The notes: generated by a model from the letters alone, not told the origin. Positions 46,755 to 56,055 are shown, counted from the first letter of the stretch. The stretch is 64,000 nucleotides of DNA from Candidatus Omnitrophota bacterium (GCA_041651035.1 JBAZKC010000002.1:30884-94883); one strand, 5' to 3'. Translations and numbers: made by a program.

Positions 46755-48248
46755 ATGAAAATTATAATTTCTTACCCGCCGTTAAAGAACCAAAAAGGCT
46801 GCCCTACGCTTGGCCAAAACCGCCAGTTCCAGTATTTTAAAGACGAAACATTTATTTATCCGGTAGTCCCGGCGCAGGCGGCTACACTGCTAAAACAAGC
46901 AGGGCATGAAGTTATTTGGAATGATTGCCTGGCTCAAGGCTGGGATTACAAAAGGTTCCTTGATTTTATAAAATCTGAGAATCCTGACCTGATCGCTTTT
47001 GAAACAAAAACTCCCGTGATCAAGCAGCACTGGCAGATAATAAACGATATTAAGGGACTGTCTCTGAATGCCCCTAAGATAGCCTTATTCGGCGACCACG
47101 TTACTGCTCTTCCGGAAGAATCATTCCAGAATTCAAAAGTAGACTTTGTATTGACTGGAGGCGACTATGATTTCTTGCTTCTGAATTTATGCAATAACCT
47201 TCAGGGGACGGTTCTCAAAGAGAACCGTCCCCATGTTTTGCCTGCCCCTGAGTTTGAACCCGGCATCTATTATCGCGAAAACAACCAAATTAAAAATACC
47301 GGAAAATTTGAGCTTAACCATGACTTAAATTCACTCCCGTTTATCGATCGTGACTTAACCAAGTGGCAGCTATATGCCCGTAAGAACGGAAATTATAAGA
47401 GGACTCCCGGGACCTACATTATGTCCGGCAGGGATTGTTGGTGGGGAAAATGCACATTTTGCAGCTGGGGGAGTTTCTATCCGTCATTCCGCAGCCGCTC
47501 TGCCAGTAACGTGTTGGATGAGATCGGTGATCTGATAAAACGGTATGGGGTAAGAGAAATAATGGATGATACGGGTAGCCTTCCTACAGGAGGGTGGCTT
47601 AGAGAATTTTGCCGGGGCATGATCTCGCGCGGCTATAATAAAAAAATTTATTTAGACTGCAATATGCGTTTTGGCGCGTTGTCAGCGGAAGAGTACCGGC
47701 TGATGAAGGAAGCCGGGTTTCGTCTGCTTTTATTTGGCTTAGAATCCGCGAATCAGTATACTTTAGACAGGGTAAATAAGAAACTGCGGGTTCAGGATAT
47801 TATTGATTCCTGTAGATCAGCCCGTAAAGCAGGGTTATTCCCGCATATTACGCTTATGTTTGGTTACCCTTGGGAAAGTTATTCCGATGCCTTAAACACC
47901 CTAAAACTGGGGAAATGGTTATTGACTAAGGGTTGCGCTTATACGATGCAGGCAACTGTAGTTATCCCGTATCCCGGCACTCCTCTTTTTGAAGAATGCA
48001 GGAAAGAACGTTGGCTAAAGACCTTAGACTGGGATGATTATGATATGAAGAAGCCTGTGATGACAACCGCCATACCCGATAATAAAATTTTAGGGTTGGT
48101 CCAGGATATGTATAAAGTTTCTTTCCGACCGGATTTTATTTTAAGAAAGATATTTTCCCTAAGGGATATTGAAGATGTAAAATACTCTTTGCGCGCGGCA
48201 AAGAAGGTGTTGGGGCATATTTTTGATTTTAAGAAGGGGGAAAGATGA
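46755..48248 (+). CDS. B12-binding domain radical SAM protein (sugar-modifying candidate)
   Basis: 497 aa, cobalamin-binding N-domain, radical SAM core. Contains an in-frame type B element at 47205-47233 (GTVLKENRPH). Confidence 0.75.
   Translation: MKIIISYPPLKNQKGCPTLGQNRQFQYFKDETFIYPVVPAQAATLLKQAGHEVIWNDCLAQGWDYKRFLDFIKSENPDLIAFETKTPVIKQHWQIINDIKGLSLNAPKIALFGDHVTALPEESFQNSKVDFVLTGGDYDFLLLNLCNNLQGTVLKENRPHVLPAPEFEPGIYYRENNQIKNTGKFELNHDLNSLPFIDRDLTKWQLYARKNGNYKRTPGTYIMSGRDCWWGKCTFCSWGSFYPSFRSRSASNVLDEIGDLIKRYGVREIMDDTGSLPTGGWLREFCRGMISRGYNKKIYLDCNMRFGALSAEEYRLMKEAGFRLLLFGLESANQYTLDRVNKKLRVQDIIDSCRSARKAGLFPHITLMFGYPWESYSDALNTLKLGKWLLTKGCAYTMQATVVIPYPGTPLFEECRKERWLKTLDWDDYDMKKPVMTTAIPDNKILGLVQDMYKVSFRPDFILRKIFSLRDIEDVKYSLRAAKKVLGHIFDFKKGER
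47205..47233. repeat. Type B palindromic element in-frame inside the radical SAM CDS
   Basis: ggggacggttctcaaagagaaccgtcccc (13-bp stem, aaa loop). Confidence 0.75.
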
Positions 48249-49114
48249 AAGGAATAATTTTAGCAGGAGGCAAGGCCAGGAGGCTGTATCCGATCACCAA
48301 GGGGGTCTGTAAGCAAATGCTCCCTATTTACGACAAGCCTATGATTTATTATTCTCTATCTACGTTGATGCTTGCCGGTATAAAGAATATCCTGATAATT
48401 TCTACTCCGGTTGCTCTGCCTAGATTCAAGGATTTATTAGGCGATGGCTCTCTTTTGGGTATTAACATTTCCTATGCCCAACAGCTTGAGCCAAAAGGCA
48501 TAGCCGAAAGTTTTATCGTAGGAGAAAATTTTATCGGGGACGATAAGGTTTGTTTAATATTAGGAGATAATATATTTTACGGGCACAATCTTACCGGGAT
48601 CCTGAAAGAGGCCCGTTCCCTAAAGGAAGGGGCAGCGGTTTTTGGCTATTATGTAAAAGACCCCTCAAGATACGGAGTAATAGGGCTTAACGCTCGGGGC
48701 AGGGTAATCTCAATCCAAGAGAAGCCAAAAAAACCGGCATCCAACTGGGCAATTACTGGATTGTATTTCTATGATAACGAAGTAGTCCGCATCTCAAAGA
48801 GCCTCAAGCCTTCTTACCGCGGAGAATTAGAGATAACCGATGTTAATAACGAATATTTAAAGAAAGGGAAACTTAAAGTCAAACTTTTAAACCGCGGATA
48901 CGCCTGGTTGGATACAGGTACTTGCGATTCTTTAATTGACGCTTCGATGTTCATTAAAACCATAGAAGAGAGGCAAGGGTTAAAGATCGGCTGTATTGAA
49001 GAAGTGGCTTATAGAATGGGGTATATCAACAAAAAACAATTGGCAAATTTGGCGCGGGAAATAGGCACAAATTATGGCGAATACCTAAAGAGCATATTAA
49101 AAGATGAAGAATAA
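48245..49114 (+). CDS. rfbA: Glucose-1-phosphate thymidylyltransferase
   Basis: MKGIILAGGKARRLYPITK..KQMLPIYDKPMIYY signature. Confidence 0.92.
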   Translation: MKGIILAGGKARRLYPITKGVCKQMLPIYDKPMIYYSLSTLMLAGIKNILIISTPVALPRFKDLLGDGSLLGINISYAQQLEPKGIAESFIVGENFIGDDKVCLILGDNIFYGHNLTGILKEARSLKEGAAVFGYYVKDPSRYGVIGLNARGRVISIQEKPKKPASNWAITGLYFYDNEVVRISKSLKPSYRGELEITDVNNEYLKKGKLKVKLLNRGYAWLDTGTCDSLIDASMFIKTIEERQGLKIGCIEEVAYRMGYINKKQLANLAREIGTNYGEYLKSILKDEE

Positions 49115-49952
49115 AATCCTTATTTTAGGCAATGGTTATATCGGTAATAGGCTTTGCGAGGAGCTCGGAGCCGAGCTTGCCGGAGGGAGGATCAGTTCTT
49201 TGCTAGATGCGCAAGAACAGATCCAGATGTATAAGCCTAACATCATTATTAACTGTATCGGGCATACCGGAAGAAACGTTGATGATTGCGAACTGGATAA
49301 GGATAAGACATTAATGGCGAATACATTTGTCCCCGTGATCTTAGGCGAAGCGGCGCTGCGCGATAATATTAAACTCATCCATATCAGCAGCGGATGTATT
49401 TACAAATTTGATTATTCTCAGGATAGTCCTATTAAAGAAGATAAGACGCCCGATTTCTTTAGGCTCTTTTATAGCCGGACCAAGATATACGCCGAACAGG
49501 CGTTAAAGGCATTGTTTAAAGAATGTCCGGCACTGATCGTCAGGATACGCATACCGCTGGACAACCGGCCCCATCCTAAGAATCTGCTTACTAAGCTGCT
49601 GGAGTACAAGAAGATTATCGATATTCCCAATTCAGTTACCTATATCCCAGATTTTATAGAAGCTTTAAAACATTTGATCCATATTAATGCCGAGGGTATT
49701 TACAATGTCGTCAATAGAGATGGCTTGCGCTACCCCGACCTTTTAGATGCATATAAGAAATACATTCCGGATTTTCAATACCGGGTCGTTGACTACAAGG
49801 AATTGAATTTAGTAAGGACTAACCTGATATTGTCTACGGCTAAACTCCAGAGATCCGGCTTTAAGGTGAGAGATATTAATTCTGTTTTAGACGAATGTGT
49901 AAGGGGATATTTGGGATATTCAGGGACTGTCCCCACCAAAGCTATTAGTTAG
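49104..49952 (+). CDS. dTDP-4-dehydrorhamnose reductase-like (RmlD substrate-binding family)
   Basis: ILILGNGYIGNRL Rossmann, HISSGCIY, YSRTKIYAE catalytic YxxxK. The last 10 codons and stop are encoded by the palindromic element at 49921. Confidence 0.65.
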   Translation: MKNKILILGNGYIGNRLCEELGAELAGGRISSLLDAQEQIQMYKPNIIINCIGHTGRNVDDCELDKDKTLMANTFVPVILGEAALRDNIKLIHISSGCIYKFDYSQDSPIKEDKTPDFFRLFYSRTKIYAEQALKALFKECPALIVRIRIPLDNRPHPKNLLTKLLEYKKIIDIPNSVTYIPDFIEALKHLIHINAEGIYNVVNRDGLRYPDLLDAYKKYIPDFQYRVVDYKELNLVRTNLILSTAKLQRSGFKVRDINSVLDECVRGYLGYSGTVPTKAIS

Positions 49953-49981
49953 CCATAACCAAGGGGACTGTCCCTAAAGAG
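49921..49981. repeat. Type A-variant palindromic element spanning the rfbD-like 3' end
   Basis: cagggactgtccccaccaaagctattagttagccataaccaaggggactgtccctaaagag. Confidence 0.75.
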
Positions 49982-49990
49982 GGTGGTATA

Positions 49991-51028
49991 ATGACCAATA
50001 AATCTATCTTGATTACCGGCGGCGCGGGTTTTATCGGCAGCGCCTTTGTAAGATTGTTAAATCAAGGGGACGGTTCTGCCTTTGGTAGAACCGTCCCCGA
50101 GTTTCACAGAACAGGAACTGTCCCTAAGATTATAGTAGTAGACAGCCTTACCTATGCCGGAGATTTAAAGCGTCTTAAAGAAGCAAAGGGCAGATTTAAG
50201 TTCTACAAAGTTGATATTTGCGATAAGAAAAGAATGGAAGCGGTCTTCGCGAAAGAAAAACCGCAAGCCGTAGTGCACTTTGCCGCGGAAAGCCACGTTG
50301 ACCGCAGTATTAATGATGCTACGCCATTTATTGAAACTAATATTAAGGGCACACAAATTCTTCTTGATGCCGGCCGCAAGCACGAGATAAATAAATTTAT
50401 TTTTATTTCCACCGACGAGGTCTACGGAGAGATTGCCAATGGCAAGTTTAACGAAAATTCTCCAATTAGGCCGAACAGCCCTTACGCGGCTTCTAAAGCG
50501 GCAGCAGACCTCCTGGTGCAGGCATATATCAGGACTTACAAATTCCCCGCGATAATTATCCGGCCGTCAAATAATTACGGCCCCTGGCAATACCCGGAAA
50601 AACTCATTCCCTTAGCTGTTTTAAAAATATTGCGCGATAAAAAAGTGCCTGTTTATGCTCAGGGCAAGAATGTCCGGGAGTGGCTTTATGTGGAAGACTG
50701 CGCGAAAGGAATTATGCGGATATTGCAAACGGGAAAGCTTGGGCAGGTTTATAACCTGGGAAGCAATGAAGAAAAACAGAATATAGACGTGGTGAAAATG
50801 ATCTTGAATATTTTCAATAAGCCCGAAAATATGATTGAATTTGTAAAGGACAGGCCCGGGCATGACATACGCTATAGCCTGGATTCCAGGAAGGCCCGTC
50901 GGGAAACTAATTGGAAACCGAAAATAAAGTTCAAAGAAGGCATTAAATTGACCGTATCTTGGTATCTCAAAAACAAGAGTTGGCTTCTTAGTAAATATCC
51001 GTCAGCAGGGACTGGTCCCGAAAAGTAG
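49991..51028 (+). CDS. rfbB: dTDP-glucose 4,6-dehydratase
   Basis: ILITGGAGFIGS.., YAASKAAAD (YxxxK). Has a 62-bp composite element inserted in-frame after the Rossmann motif (50067-50128), and its C-terminus and stop lie inside the element at 51006. Confidence 0.88.
   Translation: MTNKSILITGGAGFIGSAFVRLLNQGDGSAFGRTVPEFHRTGTVPKIIVVDSLTYAGDLKRLKEAKGRFKFYKVDICDKKRMEAVFAKEKPQAVVHFAAESHVDRSINDATPFIETNIKGTQILLDAGRKHEINKFIFISTDEVYGEIANGKFNENSPIRPNSPYAASKAAADLLVQAYIRTYKFPAIIIRPSNNYGPWQYPEKLIPLAVLKILRDKKVPVYAQGKNVREWLYVEDCAKGIMRILQTGKLGQVYNLGSNEEKQNIDVVKMILNIFNKPENMIEFVKDRPGHDIRYSLDSRKARRETNWKPKIKFKEGIKLTVSWYLKNKSWLLSKYPSAGTGPEK
50067..50128. repeat. Composite type B + partial type A element in-frame inside rfbB
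   Basis: ggggacggttctgcctttggtagaaccgtccccgagtttcacagaacaggaactgtccctaag; colinear with the intergenic composite at 46509-46575. Confidence 0.8.
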
Positions 51029-51067
51029 CTTAAGATGAACTGTTCTTAGGGACCTGTCCCTAAAGAG
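51006..51067. repeat. Type A palindromic element overlapping the rfbB stop
   Basis: cagggactggtcccgaaaagtagcttaagatgaactgttcttagggacctgtccctaaagag; the rfbB TAG is the aaaagTAG inside the element. Confidence 0.8.
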
Positions 51068-51078
51068 AGGAAAGTAGT

Positions 51079-52158
51079 ATGTCCATAGTCATAGTTACCG
51101 GTTCTTGCGGTTTGATCGGCTCTGAGGCAGTGAGCTTTTTTTGTGAAAAAGGCTTTAAGGTTATAGGCATAGATAATAATATGCGCGAGGCCTTCTTTGG
51201 CAAAGACGGCAGTACCTTCTGGAACAGGAAACGGCTGGAGAAGAAGCATGAGAACTATAAGCATTATTCAGTTGATATCAGGAATGGATCCGGGATTACG
51301 CGGATTTTTAAGAAATTCCATAAAGATGTTTCTTTGATAATCCACGCCGCTGGCCAACCTTCGCATGATTGGGCTGCGGGTGACCCGAAGACGGATTTTG
51401 GAGTCAATGCCGCCGCTACTTTGTTGCTGCTGGAGGCCTACAGGAAATATTGCCCGGAGTCGGTATTTATTTTTACCTCAACCAACAGAGTTTACGGCGA
51501 TAGGCCTAATTACCTGCCTTTAATAGAGATGGAGAAAAGGTATGAACTTCCTTCAGGCCATGAGTATTATAACGGCATAAACGAGTCCATGAGCATAGAT
51601 AATTGCCTGCACGGTTTATTTGGCGCTTCCAAGGTTAGCGCGGATATATTGACACAGGAGTATGGAAAATATTTCGGCTTAAAAACCGGGGTATTCAGAG
51701 GTGGCTGCCTTACCGGCCCGGCGCATTCCGGGGCAGAGCTTCATGGTTTTTTGTCATATCTGATGAAGTGCTGCGTAACCAAAAAAAAGTATACAATATT
51801 TGGCTATAAAGGCAAACAGGTGCGCGACAATATCCATTCTTATGATCTGGTAAGCGCCTTTTATCATTTTTTTCAGCAGCCGCGCCGCGGGGAAGTTTAT
51901 AATATCGGTGGAGGAAGGTTTGCTAACGTATCGGTTCTGGAGGCAATAGATATATGTGAAAAGGTAACAGGGGCAAAATTAGATTATGAATACGCCGAGA
52001 AAAACAGGATCGGAGACCATATCTGGTGGATAAGCGATGTTTCCAAATTCAGGTCTCATTATCCCGGATGGGCTTATAAATATAACACTGAGGATACCAT
52101 AAAACAGATCTACGAAGTTCAAAAGGGATCAGTAAATTCTAAGAGATTGATCGGTTAA
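51079..52158 (+). CDS. NAD-dependent epimerase/dehydratase (CDP-paratose/tyvelose 2-epimerase-like)
   Basis: [25 protein letters not shown].., SDR-extended fold with a YxxxK. Confidence 0.75.
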   Translation: MSIVIVTGSCGLIGSEAVSFFCEKGFKVIGIDNNMREAFFGKDGSTFWNRKRLEKKHENYKHYSVDIRNGSGITRIFKKFHKDVSLIIHAAGQPSHDWAAGDPKTDFGVNAAATLLLLEAYRKYCPESVFIFTSTNRVYGDRPNYLPLIEMEKRYELPSGHEYYNGINESMSIDNCLHGLFGASKVSADILTQEYGKYFGLKTGVFRGGCLTGPAHSGAELHGFLSYLMKCCVTKKKYTIFGYKGKQVRDNIHSYDLVSAFYHFFQQPRRGEVYNIGGGRFANVSVLEAIDICEKVTGAKLDYEYAEKNRIGDHIWWISDVSKFRSHYPGWAYKYNTEDTIKQIYEVQKGSVNSKRLIG

Positions 52159-52908
52159 ATGGGGACAACCCTGAAAGATACCTTCCGTAGGCGTTTTATC
52201 GCCGCTGAATCCGACTCGCTTATCATTGAGACTATCCAGACTCTATCCAAAACCCGCCGCCAGCAGTTGCGCGTATTAAAACTAAAAGGCACTTGGCATG
52301 CCAATGAATATAATGAATTGGTTTTTGAGGTGACAGGCCGCAAAGGCCCTCCTGAAACCTATACCTTCAAAGGGAGCTGGAGATTAAACAAAAACCAGCA
52401 GATTGAGTATAGCCACGGAGATGGCCCGGATGTGCTGGTTTTTAAGGGCTATTGGGATATATCTTCAGCCAGCAGGCTTGTTTATATCTTGGAAGGCAGC
52501 TCAGCTTCGCGTTTTGAATTTAAAGCCCAGCTTGAGTCACCTACGCTGTATCCTAAGGAAGGGCAGATACGCTATCGTATCGGCATAGGGGCGCGCAAAA
52601 GCCGCCTGAACAAGCGCAGACAAATAATTACTCTATACGGAGAATGGAAATTTGGCCGCAACCTGGGTTTGACTTTTGAGATGGATTATGGTCAGGGTAG
52701 GGTAAAATCCATTACTTTCGGGGCAGAGGTAACTTTTGGTAGCAATGAGGTTATTTTCGCGCTGAAGGATGAGATAGGAGAGCCCCTGGGAATAACCTTG
52801 ACTTTTACGCGTAAATTCTTGAAAAGAATGGATGCCGAAGCATTCCTTCGCCTGAAAGCCCTTGGCAAGGAACAAGGGCTTGAGGCTGGATTAAGAATAC
52901 CCTTTTAA
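52159..52908 (+). CDS. Hypothetical protein (beta-rich, no recognised family)
   Basis: 249 aa ORF abutting the epimerase stop; I could not place it. Confidence 0.45.
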   Translation: MGTTLKDTFRRRFIAAESDSLIIETIQTLSKTRRQQLRVLKLKGTWHANEYNELVFEVTGRKGPPETYTFKGSWRLNKNQQIEYSHGDGPDVLVFKGYWDISSASRLVYILEGSSASRFEFKAQLESPTLYPKEGQIRYRIGIGARKSRLNKRRQIITLYGEWKFGRNLGLTFEMDYGQGRVKSITFGAEVTFGSNEVIFALKDEIGEPLGITLTFTRKFLKRMDAEAFLRLKALGKEQGLEAGLRIPF

Positions 52909-52967
52909 TCATCCCCCCCTTCCTATATCTACCTGTAATGAAATAAGTTATGTTCGAAAAAAGTGTT

Positions 52968-52994
52968 TTGCTATAGCCCAATCAGTGTTATAAT
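52968..52994 (+). promoter_or_regulatory. Promoter TTGCTA-15-(TGt)TATAAT, 8 nt before the peptidase ATG (near-leaderless)
   Basis: TATAAT at 52989-52994 preceded by TGt; the ATG is at 53003. Confidence 0.45.
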
Positions 52995-53002
52995 ATACAA
53001 CT

Positions 53003-53791
53003 ATGTTTGCCCTCGGCTGCCATAAAGATCCCGAAGATTTGCGTGATATCCCTATGGGCTTAGTTTTGCCACCCATACCTCTGCCTAAGAGCGTAGATTG
53101 CACTCTTCAAATGTCTCCTGTCAGAAATCAGGGAGATGAAGGGACCTGTGTTGCCTTTGCTTCAGTTGTAGGCGTTAAGGAATATCAGGATAAGAAAGAA
53201 TACAATAAGCTGATAGAATTATCCCCACGGTACCTCTATTACCTTTGCAAAGAATTTGACGGACAGCCTTATCAGGAAGGCACGTATCCCCGGATTGCCA
53301 TGAAGTTGCTTGTAAAATATGGCGTAGCCGAAGAGTCATGCTGGCCCTATAAACCTTTTCAAAAAGATCACCCTTGCGCCGATGCCTCCAGGGAGGCAAA
53401 AAAATACCGTATTAAAGCCTATGCCCGCCTGCATTCGATAGTGGAAATGAAAAGAAGCCTGGCGATAAACGGGCCTTTTCTTGCCGGTGTAGAAGTATTT
53501 GAGAGCTGGTTTAGTAAACGAGCGGTAAAGAGCGGATTAATCCCCATGCCCAGAAAAAGCGAACAGGCGGTAGGAGGGCACGCGGTATGTATCTCCGGTT
53601 TTAATGATGCTAAGCAAATTTTTAAGTTTAAAAACTCCTGGGGCAGAAGCTGGGCAGATAAAGGTTACGGTTATTTAAGCTATGCCTATATGCAGAGGTA
53701 TTGCGTGGATGCCTGGAGCGCTACCGACCTTATTCTTAATCCTAAAGCCCTGGTTAAAAAGAGAGAAGAAATAATAAAGAGGTTTAAATAA
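53003..53791 (+). CDS. Papain-family (C1) cysteine peptidase, no signal peptide or prodomain
   Basis: QGDEGTCVAFAS (catalytic Cys), GGHAVCISGF (catalytic His), NSWG. Confidence 0.75.
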   Translation: MFALGCHKDPEDLRDIPMGLVLPPIPLPKSVDCTLQMSPVRNQGDEGTCVAFASVVGVKEYQDKKEYNKLIELSPRYLYYLCKEFDGQPYQEGTYPRIAMKLLVKYGVAEESCWPYKPFQKDHPCADASREAKKYRIKAYARLHSIVEMKRSLAINGPFLAGVEVFESWFSKRAVKSGLIPMPRKSEQAVGGHAVCISGFNDAKQIFKFKNSWGRSWADKGYGYLSYAYMQRYCVDAWSATDLILNPKALVKKREEIIKRFK

Positions 53792-53794
53792 TAT

Positions 53795-54058
53795 ATGTTC
53801 TGGACTATCGTTGGCTCAACTGCCGCGGCCCTAACCATGTTTTCGTTTGTGCCTCAGATTATCAAAGGATTTACTACGAAATCTGTCAAAGACGTCAGCC
53901 CGGTTACGTTATTTCAACTTTCAAGCGGTGTTTCATTATGGGTTATCTACGGTATATATCTTAAGGATTATGTTATAATAATTGCCAATATAGTAACCCT
54001 GGTTTCTTTAATAATTTTGTTATGCCAGTATTTTAATTACAGAAAAACAAAATGTTAA
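53795..54058 (+). CDS. SemiSWEET / PQ-loop sugar transporter
   Basis: 87 aa, 3 TM helices, PQ motif in FSFVPQIIKG. Confidence 0.7.
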   Translation: MFWTIVGSTAAALTMFSFVPQIIKGFTTKSVKDVSPVTLFQLSSGVSLWVIYGIYLKDYVIIIANIVTLVSLIILLCQYFNYRKTKC

Positions 54059-54075
54059 CGGCTGACGGCTAAAAC

Positions 54076-56055
54076 ATGGAAGAGCGCCCGGTAGTTTCAG
54101 TTATAGTAACAACCAGGAATGAAGAAAATAATATAGCAGGTTGTCTGGAATCCATCAAAAATCAAACCTATCCTCAAGATAGGATTGAAATAATTGTGGT
54201 GGATAACAGCTCTATAGACAAGACTAAGGGAATCGCTTATAAATATACAGATAAAGTATACAATTCTGGCCCTGAGCGCTCAGCCCAGAGAAACTTCGGC
54301 GTAAAACAGGCAGCCGGTAAGTATATTTTGTATTTAGATGCGGATATGGCATTATCTGAAAATGTTATATCTGAATGTGTTCAGAAATGCGAAAAAGAAG
54401 GGTATGTTGCTATATATATACCTGAAAGGATTATTGGTAAAGGGTTTTGGATTAAAGCAAGGGACTTTGAACGGAGTTTTTATAACTCTACCTGTATAGA
54501 TTGTGTAAGATTTATCAGAAAGGATAATTTTCTGGAGATAGACGGTTTTGATGAGACCTTAACAGGACCCGAGGATTGGGATTTTGATAGGAGAATAAAT
54601 AAGAGCGGTAAAGTCGGGATTATAAACTCTGTCTTATATCATAATGAACATAACTTCTGTCTTAGAGAATACCTAAGAACAAAAATCTATTATATTGTAT
54701 CTTTTAATAAATATATACGTAAGTGGGGGAAAGACGACGCAATAATAAAGAAACAACTTGGCTTTTACTATAGGTATTGGGGGGTTTTTATAGAAGACGG
54801 CAGATGGATAAAGCTAATTCTGCATCCTTTGTTAACTATAAGAATTTTTTTATTGAGGTTTCTAGTAGGGGTAGCATATCTATTGAGTAGAATGAAGAAA
54901 AATAGCACAGTTCTTTCCGGAAGAGGAGTGTTGATACTATCTCCATTTTTTTCTCCAAATATGGGAGGAGTTGAAACTCATCTTGATGATCTCTGCGGAT
55001 ACCTTACTTCACATAACTATAGAGTACATGTTATTACTTACCAGCCACTAACTACAAGAGTAAAATGCCCCAAATTTTATAAAAATAATGGCTTGGAAGT
55101 AAAAAGGATTTATTGGTTTAGGGGGAATCTTTTTCACAAATTGGAACCTTATCCTGTTTTGGAAGTTTTATATCTTACGCCCAGACTTCTCTTGAGTACT
55201 TTCTGGTTCTTGGTTTTTAATAAGGATAAGATTGACGTAATACATGCTCACGGATTTAACGCAGTTTTAGTCACTAGACTTGTAAATTTAATATTTAGAA
55301 AAAGATCGGTTATGAGTACTCATGCCATTTACCAGTTAGATAAAAAACCGTTAATGGCAAAATTCATTAAATGGATGTTGGGTGGCATAGATGTAATAAT
55401 GCCTCTTGCAGAGAAATCAAAGAAAGAATTAGTAACAATCGGCGTGCCTGAGAAGAAAATCAGGATTTATACTCAATGGGTTAATCAAGAAATTTTCCGT
55501 CCTTTGTTAAAAAATGAATGTAGAAAGAAATTGAATCTTAAAGGAGAATTCTTTGTGCTTTTTGTCGGCAGGCTGATTGAAAAAAAAGGAGTTTTGGTTT
55601 TATTAGATGTCGCCAGGAAATTACCCGAAATAAATTTTATTTTTGTAGGTAGTGGTCCGGTATTAGGGCGACTCTTGGACGCAAAGACATATTTAAATAA
55701 TATTTTCGTCGCGGGAGAGAAGAACCAAGAAGAAATAAGTATTTTTTATGGGGCTTCCGATGTTGTAGTTGTTCCTTCTCAATATGAAGAAGGCTTTGCT
55801 CGTGTTGTATTGGAAGCGCTTTTCTCGGGGAGACCGGTTATAGCCGTCAACAAAGGGTGTCTTGTCGAAATGTTGAATAAAGACGTTGGGATCTTGGTTG
55901 ATCCTAGTATAGAGAATCTGGCTAAAGCTATTAAATCATTATATCATGATTCGGCATATCTTACTAATATAACCTCCAATACAAGACTATACGCTTTAAA
56001 CCGCTTTAGCGAGAATAATGCTAAAGCCATAATGGGATCCTATGAAAAGAATTAA
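54076..56055 (+). CDS. Bifunctional glycosyltransferase: N-terminal GT2, C-terminal GT4/GT1
   Basis: VSVIVTTRNE..VVDNSS..YLDADM (GT2) and a C-terminal E..FARVVLEALFSGRPVIA (GT4 E-x7-E region). Confidence 0.8.
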   Translation: MEERPVVSVIVTTRNEENNIAGCLESIKNQTYPQDRIEIIVVDNSSIDKTKGIAYKYTDKVYNSGPERSAQRNFGVKQAAGKYILYLDADMALSENVISECVQKCEKEGYVAIYIPERIIGKGFWIKARDFERSFYNSTCIDCVRFIRKDNFLEIDGFDETLTGPEDWDFDRRINKSGKVGIINSVLYHNEHNFCLREYLRTKIYYIVSFNKYIRKWGKDDAIIKKQLGFYYRYWGVFIEDGRWIKLILHPLLTIRIFLLRFLVGVAYLLSRMKKNSTVLSGRGVLILSPFFSPNMGGVETHLDDLCGYLTSHNYRVHVITYQPLTTRVKCPKFYKNNGLEVKRIYWFRGNLFHKLEPYPVLEVLYLTPRLLLSTFWFLVFNKDKIDVIHAHGFNAVLVTRLVNLIFRKRSVMSTHAIYQLDKKPLMAKFIKWMLGGIDVIMPLAEKSKKELVTIGVPEKKIRIYTQWVNQEIFRPLLKNECRKKLNLKGEFFVLFVGRLIEKKGVLVLLDVARKLPEINFIFVGSGPVLGRLLDAKTYLNNIFVAGEKNQEEISIFYGASDVVVVPSQYEEGFARVVLEALFSGRPVIAVNKGCLVEMLNKDVGILVDPSIENLAKAIKSLYHDSAYLTNITSNTRLYALNRFSENNAKAIMGSYEKN

